This document shows positions 16,552 to 23,066 of a DNA stretch of 32,000 nt, in pieces. Every line of letters begins with the position of its first letter. The stretch's first letter is position 1. The notes under the pieces are model-generated. The model saw only the letters and a program-made list of their open reading frames with translations. It ran no database searches and had not been told where the DNA came from. The DNA comes from Cereibacter sphaeroides 2.4.1 (lineage in GTDB: Bacteria; Pseudomonadota; Alphaproteobacteria; Rhodobacterales; Rhodobacteraceae), in assembly GCF_000012905.2 (NCBI RefSeq), contig NC_007494.2, forward strand, positions 690,001-722,000, written 5' to 3'. The position numbers were made by a program, and so were the translations under genes.

Positions 16552-18372
16552 TCATTCCTCGCCCTCCGGCCAGCCGAGCTCGGCCGGCACCCACGCGTCG
16601 ATCTTCGCGCAGTCCTCGCGGCTGAGGCCAAGGGCCTCGCGGGTGTCGGGATCGGCGAAGAGCGCCTCGAGGCGCTTCGCCTTCTCCCCCTTCTTCAGCT
16701 TGTTGAAGCTCTGATGAGCTGGCTCCGCCTCGGCCGCCGGCACGAGCTCATTCCAGAGCCGGTCGAGATAGCCCGCGCTGCAGCGGCCGAGAAATCCCTG
16801 GGCGGTGGGCGTCCAGATCCGGCGCACCTCGACCCCGAGCTGGCGCGCGAGCGCGGCCGAGAGGCCGGAGCTGCCGGTGCAGAAAGTCCGCGCGAGGGCC
16901 TCGGTCAGGATCTGGTTGCGGTGTTTCTTCCCCTGCGCCCGGAAGGCCTCGAACTCGGCCGGGGTGCCGTCGGGGCCGAGGCTCGCATTCGGCTCGAGCC
17001 GTGCCGCCAGCCGCGGCGGGTAGCTGGTGCCTTCGCCCTTCTCCGGCACGATGGGCTGGTCGGTGGGTGAGATCGCGAGCGGGCGCGCCCAGGGCCTGAG
17101 GCCGCCGCCGAGGGACCAGGCGAGAAGGTCGAGCATGAGCTCGGACTGGTCCATCAGCCGCGCCTGCAGCGCCCCGAGCCGGATCCGATGCAGGTCCTCG
17201 ATCAGCGACTGCGGCAGGTCGGGTGCCAGCTCGGCCGCGCCGCGCGGAACCGCCCGCGGCTGCTGATAGGCCCGCTCGACCGAGAGCCCGTCCCGGCTGC
17301 TGCAATAGACGAAGATCCCGGCCGAGGCGCGCTGCGCGTCGGTGAAGCCCCCCTCGCGCCGGGCCTCGAGCTCGGCCAGCCGCGCGCGGCCGGGCTCGTC
17401 GAGGGTGTCGTCGGCCTCGCGCTCCTCGAGCGCCGCGAGCTCCGCTTCCTCTCCGTCCGAGAGCTTCCCCGGCCGGGCGTAGAGACGCACCAGCTTCTGC
17501 GTGACGGTCCAGGAGACATATTCCTCCGGCACCCATGTCGCCCATTCCCAGCCCTCTTCCGCGCGGATCCGCTCGGCCTCGGCCGCGCCCTTCTCGGCGA
17601 AGAGCCGGTCGAGGAGCGCCTCGTCCTCCAGCAGCGTCCGGTCGGCGAAGAGATCGCGCTGAGAGGTTCCACCGGCGGCGAGATAAGCCTCGAGCCCCAC
17701 GAAGACCGCCCGCCGGTCGGTCGAGGGCACGGTGCCGGGTGTGAGCTCGCGCCGCACCTGCTCGGGCCGCACGTCGCGCCCCCGCACCGATCCCAGCACC
17801 TCAAGGCAGCGCTCGCCGCTCGGCGCCAGCGTCAGCGCCTTCGCCATCTCGAGCGAGATCTCGTTCGCGCGGAGCGCCGCCAGAGCCTCGGCCGGCAGGT
17901 CCGCGAGCTTCAGCCGCCGCTCGACATGAGCCTCGGAGCGGGCAAAGCTGCGCGCGATCCGCGACAGGCTCGCGCCCCGCTCGCGCATCGCGGCATAGGC
18001 GCGGACCTCGTCGGCCGGGTGCAGCGCCGAGCGCGCGCTGTTCTCGGTGCCGGCCCAGGCCACCGCTTCCTGCAGGTCGGCCGTCACCTTCACCGGCACC
18101 GGATCTATCGGAATGAGATCCTCATGCCGGCTCCAGCCCTCGGCCGCGAGGCGCTGCAGCGCGCGGAGCCGGGTGCCGCCGCCGACGATCTCGACGCCCG
18201 TGGGTGTCAGATGGCCGATCAGGTTCTGCAGCAGCCCCGCCACGGCGAGGCTCTCGGCCATGGCCTCGACCTCCTCGGCCGCGATCTCCTGACGGCTGTT
18301 GAGCGGCGAGAGCCGGAGCTCGGCGAGCGGGATGAGGCGCAGATCGCCTCGGGAGATGAAGTCCTTAGCCAT
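16552..18372 (-). CDS. ParB/Srx N-terminal-domain protein with long C-terminal extension (606 aa)
   Basis: The N-terminus LIPLAELRLSPLNSRQ...LAESLAVAGLLQNLIG...VEIVGGGTRLRALQ matches the ParB N-terminal (ParB/sulfiredoxin) fold, including the GxxR box. The remaining ~450 aa are helical and charged, without a motif I can name. Confidence 0.8.
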   Translation of the reverse strand: MAKDFISRGDLRLIPLAELRLSPLNSRQEIAAEEVEAMAESLAVAGLLQNLIGHLTPTGVEIVGGGTRLRALQRLAAEGWSRHEDLIPIDPVPVKVTADLQEAVAWAGTENSARSALHPADEVRAYAAMRERGASLSRIARSFARSEAHVERRLKLADLPAEALAALRANEISLEMAKALTLAPSGERCLEVLGSVRGRDVRPEQVRRELTPGTVPSTDRRAVFVGLEAYLAAGGTSQRDLFADRTLLEDEALLDRLFAEKGAAEAERIRAEEGWEWATWVPEEYVSWTVTQKLVRLYARPGKLSDGEEAELAALEEREADDTLDEPGRARLAELEARREGGFTDAQRASAGIFVYCSSRDGLSVERAYQQPRAVPRGAAELAPDLPQSLIEDLHRIRLGALQARLMDQSELMLDLLAWSLGGGLRPWARPLAISPTDQPIVPEKGEGTSYPPRLAARLEPNASLGPDGTPAEFEAFRAQGKKHRNQILTEALARTFCTGSSGLSAALARQLGVEVRRIWTPTAQGFLGRCSAGYLDRLWNELVPAAEAEPAHQSFNKLKKGEKAKRLEALFADPDTREALGLSREDCAKIDAWVPAELGWPEGEE

Positions 18373-18495
18373 GCGGGATGCCCTTCATGCAATTCTTCTC
18401 CGGCGCGCCGGAGCGCGGGACAGGGCCCTGCGCGCGCGAGGCGCCGGGCGGAGTGAACGGAAGCTGCGCGGATCGCCCGCCGCGCCGGGGGTGGG

Positions 18496-18891
18496 TCAGG
18501 CCATGCCGAGCGCGGCCTTGTAGAGCTCGAGGAGCGTCTCCTCCTCGGCGATGTCGTCGGGGGTCCGCTTGCGGAGCGCCACGATCATCCTGAGGATCTT
18601 CGGCGCATAGCCCCTGCCCTTCGCCTCGGCCATCAGCTCCTTCTGCTGACCGCCGATCTCCTTCTTCTCGGCCTCGAGCTGCTCGTAGCGCTCGATGAAC
18701 TGGCGGAGCTCGTCGGCCGCGACCTGATAGGCGGCCTCGGCCACGGCGCGGTCGGCCGGGGTCTCCTTCATCGGCGGCTTGCGGATCCGGCCGCTGTCGA
18801 TGGCCGCGGCCATGCGGTCGAGATCGGCCGCGTTGAGGCTCTCGACCGGGACGGGCCCGGTGCGCGGCGCGGGCTGCGGGGCGGCCTCCAT
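18496..18891 (-). CDS. DUF2312/GapR-like DNA-binding protein
   Basis: The C-terminal ~75 aa read LRQFIERYEQLEAEKKEIGGQQKELMAEAKGRGYAPKILRMIVALRKRTPDDIAEEETLLELYKAALGM. This matches the UPF0335/GapR signature as I remember it (FIERIERLEEEKK...EAK..GFD.K.LR.I..LRK....E..E....L..Y..ALG). The start MEAAPQ (ATG 18891) overlaps the upstream stop (TGATG). Confidence 0.8.
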   Translation of the reverse strand: MEAAPQPAPRTGPVPVESLNAADLDRMAAAIDSGRIRKPPMKETPADRAVAEAAYQVAADELRQFIERYEQLEAEKKEIGGQQKELMAEAKGRGYAPKILRMIVALRKRTPDDIAEEETLLELYKAALGMA

Positions 18892-19223
18892 CACATGCCC
18901 CGCATGGCGCTGGCCTGCTGGCGCATGGTCTTGGCCACGTCGGTGACGTGCGCCCACAGGACCGTCGCGACAAACAGGAAGCCCAGGAGCGCGAGCGCGC
19001 CCACAAGGAAGCCGGTCAGGTTCGACCCGAGCGGGCTCGGCCTGCTCGTCCGGAAGGCCGGCCGCGGCCGTGCCCGGGCCAGCGCGCGTCCGGAGGCCAC
19101 GGCGAAAGCATGATCGGCCAGCGCGCGGCGCGCGAGATCGCGGCTGGCGCCGTCCGGCGCATGCTCCGCGCGATGGCGCACGGCATTCAGATCGCGGGGC
19201 GTGAGGGGCAGGATCCGGCTCAT
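18891..19223 (-). CDS. hypothetical membrane protein, 110 aa, one C-terminal TM helix
   Basis: The product is MSRILPLTPRDLNAV...LTGFLVGALALLGFLFVATVLWA.... An ATGA overlap joins it to the upstream 65-aa ORF and a TGATG overlap joins it to the GapR-like gene. Confidence 0.55.
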   Translation of the reverse strand: MSRILPLTPRDLNAVRHRAEHAPDGASRDLARRALADHAFAVASGRALARARPRPAFRTSRPSPLGSNLTGFLVGALALLGFLFVATVLWAHVTDVAKTMRQQASAMRGM

Positions 19224-19417
19224 GCTCCAAGCGCCTCCCGCGCCTGGCCGAGGATGGCGGCGAGTTCGGCGCTGGTCTCGTCGTCGGTGGCGTCGAGCTG
19301 CGGGAGCCCCGCCTCGGCCGCGGCGAGCAACCGACGCAGCTGGGGCTCGGTCAGGTCGAGAAGGGCGAAACGGGCAACCGGCGCCGAGGCCGGGTAGCGG
19401 ATGGCGGTGGCGGGCAT
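19220..19417 (-). CDS. hypothetical protein, 65 aa, first gene of the leftward operon
   Basis: The product is MPATAIRYPASAPVARFALLDLTEPQLRRLLAAAEAGLPQLDATDDETSAELAAILGQAREALGA. A GGGAG SD lies 7-8 nt upstream of ATG 19417, and an ATGA overlap joins it to the next gene. Confidence 0.5.
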   Translation of the reverse strand: MPATAIRYPASAPVARFALLDLTEPQLRRLLAAAEAGLPQLDATDDETSAELAAILGQAREALGA

Positions 19418-19444
19418 GATGTGCTCCCATCTGAGGGTGGACGG

Positions 19445-19473
19445 AGCATACCGGGGACAAATATCCCCGTCAA
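19445..19473 (-). promoter_or_regulatory. sigma-70-type promoter of the leftward operon
   Basis: The minus strand reads TTGACG (19473-19468), then a 17-nt spacer GGGATATTTGTCCCCGG, then TATGCT (19450-19445). The -10 lies 28 nt upstream of ATG 19417. Confidence 0.65.
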
Positions 19474-19497
19474 CGGGCGTCAGGGATATTTGTCCCC
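19453..19497. promoter_or_regulatory. operator pair: two GGGGA-N6-TCCCC palindromes in inverted orientation
   Basis: GGGGACAAATATCCCC (19453-19468) and AGGGATATTTGTCCCC (19482-19497) match 15/16 as reverse complements, centres 29 bp apart. The first fills the promoter spacer and the second lies just upstream of the -35. Confidence 0.65.
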
Positions 19498-19835
19498 GCC
19501 AAATCGTCCGCCTTGATTCGAGGGCACCAGACGCCCGCGCCCAATGCGACGACAGGTGCGCCACAAAGGCTCTCGAGGAGGCCGCCGCCGAGGGCCGGCC
19601 AGCGCCCCCGGCGGCTCTCAATACCTGACCCAAACATGCTGCAGGCCGCCCGTTTGCGCACGAAGGTTCTTCTTGCTACGCCCCGACCCTGTGAAAGCTC
19701 ACGCTGTCCACAGCCAAAATGTCGCAGCCGGGACGGAGAGCGGTTGACGATCTGGCCTCGCAAGGCCAGCGTGAACGAACTGTGAACTAGAGGCGGCTAT
19801 GAAAATTGACGAGGTGCGACGAGAACTTGAAAGAA

Positions 19836-20168
19836 TCACGGCTCTTCCGCCTGGCCCCGAGCGGCTCGCCCTCGTGCTGCGTCTCGCAGGATCTGGCGCT
19901 CCGCATCTGATAGCTGACTGTATAGACTGGCAACGTCGGATCGGACTTTCGCCAGATCGTCATTGATGAACTCGTCCAAGGTGTAGCCGAATGCGTGAGC
20001 AACCTTAACGGCGTCATCAACATTCGTGGACAGGGACCTTCCTTGGTTCAGCTTCTTGAGTTGGTCTGCCGAAACCCCTGCAGCGTCCGCTACACGATTG
20101 ATGGACCATCCGGTCCGTTGCAGCGCCTCGATGAAGGCTTCTCGAAAGGTCCTCGTCATTCCCAGCAC
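19836..20168 (-). CDS. XRE/cI-type helix-turn-helix repressor
   Basis: The 110-aa ORF has the HTH WSINRVADAAGVSADQLKKLNQGRS plus a C-terminal helical tail. The gene is A/T-richer than the flanks. The start is either GTG 20168 or ATG 20159 (MTRTF...). It is divergent from the rightward operon. Confidence 0.8.
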   Translation of the reverse strand: MLGMTRTFREAFIEALQRTGWSINRVADAAGVSADQLKKLNQGRSLSTNVDDAVKVAHAFGYTLDEFINDDLAKVRSDVASLYSQLSDAERQILRDAARGRAARGQAEEP

Positions 20169-20195
20169 GGTAGCGGAAGCTCCAGCTGCCGTTTA

Positions 20196-20236
20196 GGAGA
20201 TAAATGTCCCTTGACATGATGGGGATAAAAGTCCCC
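20196..20236. promoter_or_regulatory. second operator pair in the divergent control region
   Basis: GGAGATAAATGTCCCT (20196-20211) and GGGGATAAAAGTCCCC (20221-20236) have the same GGGGA-N6(A/T-rich)-TCCCC architecture as the 19.45 kb pair. A perfect TTGACA hexamer (20211-20216) lies between them. Confidence 0.6.
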
Positions 20237-20245
20237 TATCGCGCC

Positions 20246-20449
20246 ATGTCGAACGCTGACCTCCTCTCTGAGATCGAGAATTATGCAGCCGCGCGCGGGA
20301 TAGCGCCGGCGACGGTCACGAGCCGCGCAGTTGGCAATAGCCGTCTCTACGGTCGTTTGAAGGCCGGCGGCAGTTGCACGATCCGCATCGCGGACGAGCT
20401 CCGCCGGTTCATGACCCAGTCGATAGCAAACAAGCAGGGAGCGGCGTGA
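20246..20449 (+). CDS. hypothetical small protein, 67 aa (first rightward gene; Cro/RDF-type role possible)
   Basis: The product is MSNADLLSEIENYAAARGIAPATVTSRAVGNSRLYGRLKAGGSCTIRIADELRRFM.... ATG 20246 lies 10 nt after the operator. No family is recognised. Confidence 0.5.
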   Translation: MSNADLLSEIENYAAARGIAPATVTSRAVGNSRLYGRLKAGGSCTIRIADELRRFMTQSIANKQGAA

Positions 20450-20529
20450 TGTATCCCGCTGCCCCCCTCGCCCTTCATCAAATCGCTTCGTCATCGAAAA
20501 CCTCTGGTCGGGTTCAGGATGGAGCAACC

Positions 20530-20787
20530 ATGTCAGGAAAGTCCCCCGGAAAGTCTTCCGCCAAGCGGGAGGCGATGACCTATCGCGCCTTCTTCGCGGC
20601 GCGCTGGTCGCGCTTCGTGCGCGAGAACTTCGACAGTCCCGAGCATGCGGCCATGACCTTCGGTGTCGACGGATCGACGGCGCGCAAATGGTGGGACGGC
20701 AGTCATTCCCCCAGCGGGTTCGTCGTCGGCCTCGCCTACCAGAACTTCCCCGCAGAGGCGGCGACAACCCTACAGGCACAGGAATGA
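20530..20787 (+). CDS. hypothetical small protein with putative HTH, 85 aa
   Basis: A GGATGGAG SD precedes ATG 20530. The segment AAMTFGVDGSTARKWWDGSHSPS resembles a phage Cro/Ner-like HTH. An alternative coupled start at 20449 (TGATG with the preceding gene) would give 112 aa. Confidence 0.5.
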   Translation: MSGKSPGKSSAKREAMTYRAFFAARWSRFVRENFDSPEHAAMTFGVDGSTARKWWDGSHSPSGFVVGLAYQNFPAEAATTLQAQE

Positions 20788-21056
20788 TCACGATCATGCG
20801 CAAGGTCCTCGTGGCCGAAATCACCGCAGCCATCCACCTCGGTGCGGTGGCGGACTTCTGGGCAGCTCATGCCCGGAAGCGCCTTGGAAAACTTTCCCAA
20901 CACTTTCCGCAGGACCCCTCTTGCGACGAGGCGGGCGAAACCTACCGACAGGACAGCGCTCCCCGTCCTTATCGAATGCCCTCCGGCTGGTGGCTCGTCC
21001 CCTCCGTCCTCGCGGGATCTGCGATCCTCGCCACGGCTCTCGGGAGCCTTCTGTGA
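20784..21056 (+). CDS. hypothetical membrane-anchored protein, 90 aa
   Basis: An ATGA overlap joins it to the upstream gene. The C-terminal hydrophobic helix reads WWLVPSVLAGSAILATALGSLL. Confidence 0.45.
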   Translation: MITIMRKVLVAEITAAIHLGAVADFWAAHARKRLGKLSQHFPQDPSCDEAGETYRQDSAPRPYRMPSGWWLVPSVLAGSAILATALGSLL

Positions 21057-21604
21057 CCGCCGCCGCGCCCTTGCCTGTACAGGACGCGGCCACTTCGCCG
21101 GGGGCTGCGGCCTCCGGCGCTTTTCGATCGAACGGATGGGCCGCGCTGCGGCGCCATCCCGCGGGCCGGGCGGATCTCTTGCGCTGGGATGCCGACCCGG
21201 CACTCGTCGCCCGGCATGCGCGGTGGGGGCGGCCGGTCTATCTGGCGACCCCTTACACGCTCCGCGCCATCGGCCCGGACGGCCGCTGGTCGCGGGATCA
21301 GTCCGAGGCGACCATGGCCGAGGCGGCGCGCGAGGTCGCGCGGCTCCTCGAGGTGGGCGTCACGGCGATCTCGCCCGTCGTCCTCTCGGCCGCCGCGCTC
21401 CACGCCACCATGTTCCCCCGGCTCCGGATCGACCCGTTCGCTCCCGTGCTCTGGGAGGACTGGTGCCGCCCCATCCTTTCCGTCTGCGCCGCCGTCGTGG
21501 TCCCCGAGATCCGCGGCTGGACGCAATCCACCGGCATCCGGCATGAGGTCGCATCCGCCCTCACAGCCCAGGTGCCCGTCTTCATCTATGGAGGCCTGCC
21601 ATGA
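21053..21604 (+). CDS. DUF1937-like protein (nucleoside 2-deoxyribosyltransferase-like fold family)
   Basis: The GTG start overlaps the upstream stop (GTGA). The product contains RPVYLATPYT...AISPVV...DWCRPILSVCAAVVVPEIRGWTQSTGIRHEV, which matches my memory of phage-borne DUF1937 proteins. The family assignment is from recollection, not a search. Confidence 0.55.
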   Translation: MTAAAPLPVQDAATSPGAAASGAFRSNGWAALRRHPAGRADLLRWDADPALVARHARWGRPVYLATPYTLRAIGPDGRWSRDQSEATMAEAAREVARLLEVGVTAISPVVLSAAALHATMFPRLRIDPFAPVLWEDWCRPILSVCAAVVVPEIRGWTQSTGIRHEVASALTAQVPVFIYGGLP

Positions 21605-21610
21605 CGAAGC

Positions 21611-22300
21611 GTGACCGCTTCCGACGCGCCGCGGGAGGTGCCCGTGCCGCATGACCGACTGACCGAGACCGAGCCCGCGACCGAGATCGTCGGCGACTTC
21701 TGGGAATATCCGCTGGCCTTCGGCGACACGCTCTCGAGCCACGAATGGGTGCCCCTTCACATCAACCGCCTCCTCACCTCCCGTTTCGTCGCCAGGGCAC
21801 TCGCCGAGAACCGGCGCGCCGACATCGGCACGGCGCTCCTCCTCTGGTGCGAAGCCTTCCGGCAGGACCCGGCCGGGACGCTGCCCGACGACGATCTCGA
21901 GCTCGCCCGGCTTGCGGGCTATGGCGCCGATCTCGAGAGCTGGCGCGCGGCGCGAGAGGGCGCGCTCTACGGCTGGCGCGAGACGCATATCTCGAACCAG
22001 GAGGAGGCGCCCAGCAACCGGCGGCTCGGCCATGTGATGATCGCGGGCATCGCCCGCGACATGCACCGCCGGAAGCGCGGGCGGGATCAGGCGCGGCGGG
22101 AAGGCTCGAAGGCCGTGGCCCGGTCGCGGGTGAAGAAGAAGCTCATCGAGATCAAATGCGGCCGCGCGGCCGAGAGCCCGGACGTGGTGATAGCCATCGC
22201 CGACTGGCTCGGCGAGCGGGATCTCTACATCACGACGGACAATGTGCGGGCCGCCTTCGAGGCCACGCGCGGCGGGCCCAAGCTCGTGCAGGTCCAGTGA
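21611..22300 (+). CDS. DUF1376 (YdaU-like) phage replication-associated protein
   Basis: The GTG-start ORF is 229 aa. Its N-terminal half reads DFWEYPLAFGDTLSSHEWVPLHINRLLTSRF...GTALLLWCEAFRQDPAGTLPDDDLELARLAG. This fits the DUF1376 pattern (F.FY..D.L......L......G.Y..LL...W....LP.D...LAR). The C-terminus is basic. Confidence 0.65.
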   Translation: MTASDAPREVPVPHDRLTETEPATEIVGDFWEYPLAFGDTLSSHEWVPLHINRLLTSRFVARALAENRRADIGTALLLWCEAFRQDPAGTLPDDDLELARLAGYGADLESWRAAREGALYGWRETHISNQEEAPSNRRLGHVMIAGIARDMHRRKRGRDQARREGSKAVARSRVKKKLIEIKCGRAAESPDVVIAIADWLGERDLYITTDNVRAAFEATRGGPKLVQVQ

Positions 22301-22301
22301 G

Positions 22302-22421
22302 TTACAGCTGTAATCGACTGCAATCCTTACAGTCATTTACAGCAATTTTCAGGGCCGGAACTGTAATTGCCCCACAGGACAGGACAGGACCGGACCCCAC
22401 AAAACAGAACCTGACAAAACA
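22302..22421. repeat. A/T-rich repeat cluster (ori- or pac-like) downstream of the DUF1376 gene
   Basis: TTACAG occurs at 22302, 22327 and 22337, and its complement CTGTAA at 22308 and 22361. This includes the perfect 12-bp palindrome TTACAGCTGTAA (22302-22313) and CTGTAATCG / CTGTAATTG copies. A pentamer run (ACAGG)x3 followed by ACCGG spans 22374-22393. ACAAAACA is repeated directly at 22399 and 22414. Confidence 0.7.
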
Positions 22422-22487
22422 TCCCTTCTGCAGGGGTGAGAAGATCGGGCGGTGGCGAGACGGCAGGCGTGGCTGGCTGAGAAAGGG

Positions 22488-23066
22488 ATGGCCATGACGA
22501 AGGCAGAGGAGCGGGCGCGGGTGAAGGCGCTGGTGGTGGACCGGCTGGAGCAGGCCGGGATGGTGAGGCGGCGCGGCACGGCGGCCGCTGCGCACGAGGC
22601 GGCGATGGCGCGGCTCTGCGAGCAGCTGGGCTACATGGGGGCGGAGAACCTCATGACGCTCGCCGAGGTGCTGATCGACAGCGCGGCGGACGGGGTCTGG
22701 CCCTCCGAGGTGCTGATCCGGCAGTTCGCGCGGGCCATCGAGGAGCCGCCGCCGGCGGAGCGGAGGCTGGTGTCGAGCTGGCTCGCCTCGGTCGAGGGGT
22801 CGAAGGCCGAGGCCGGCGGGCATCTGGTCGAGCTCTACCGCTGGCTCCTGAAGCATCCCCGCCCGCCGCTCGCGATGGATCTGCGCGAGATCCGCGATCA
22901 GGCGCAGGACAATGCCCGGCGCTGCGAGCTGATCCGCGACCGGATCGACCGGGAGACGGCGAGCCGCGAGGATCGCGACTGGCTCGAGCTCTATCTCCGC
23001 GACCGGGCGCAGGCCCGCGCACTGGTCGATGCCGGCCGCGCCCGCAAGGAAGGGGCGGCGGCATGA
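22488..23066 (+). CDS. hypothetical protein, 192 aa
   Basis: A GAGAAAGGG SD precedes ATG 22488 (MAMTKAEERARVKALVVDRLEQ...). The product is helical and charged. No family is recognised. Confidence 0.5.
   Translation: MAMTKAEERARVKALVVDRLEQAGMVRRRGTAAAAHEAAMARLCEQLGYMGAENLMTLAEVLIDSAADGVWPSEVLIRQFARAIEEPPPAERRLVSSWLASVEGSKAEAGGHLVELYRWLLKHPRPPLAMDLREIRDQAQDNARRCELIRDRIDRETASREDRDWLELYLRDRAQARALVDAGRARKEGAAA

Noticed and set aside
16284-16631. 115-aa minus ORF, including MSAPFRHEDPVLDFVRTLARSYAARHHA, in the ParB-recombinase gap
   Set aside because: It would overlap the recombinase start by over 100 nt in another frame, and its downstream part is low-complexity. The gap is treated as non-coding, though a very short peptide cannot be excluded.
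19799-19966. 55-codon plus-strand ORF antisense to the repressor 3' end, as a bona fide gene
   Set aside because: It overlaps the C-terminal coding region of the better-supported XRE gene and is too short to judge. It is mentioned in a finding as something to test, not annotated.
20663-21604. Full 313-aa reading of the 20663-21604 ORF, plus ORFs 20156-20833 (minus), 20842-21546 (plus) and 20969-22336 (minus)
   Set aside because: Only the distal 183 codons (from GTG 21053, coupled to the upstream stop) look protein-like. The upstream part overlaps two better-supported small genes. The other ORFs are Arg/Pro-rich shadows.
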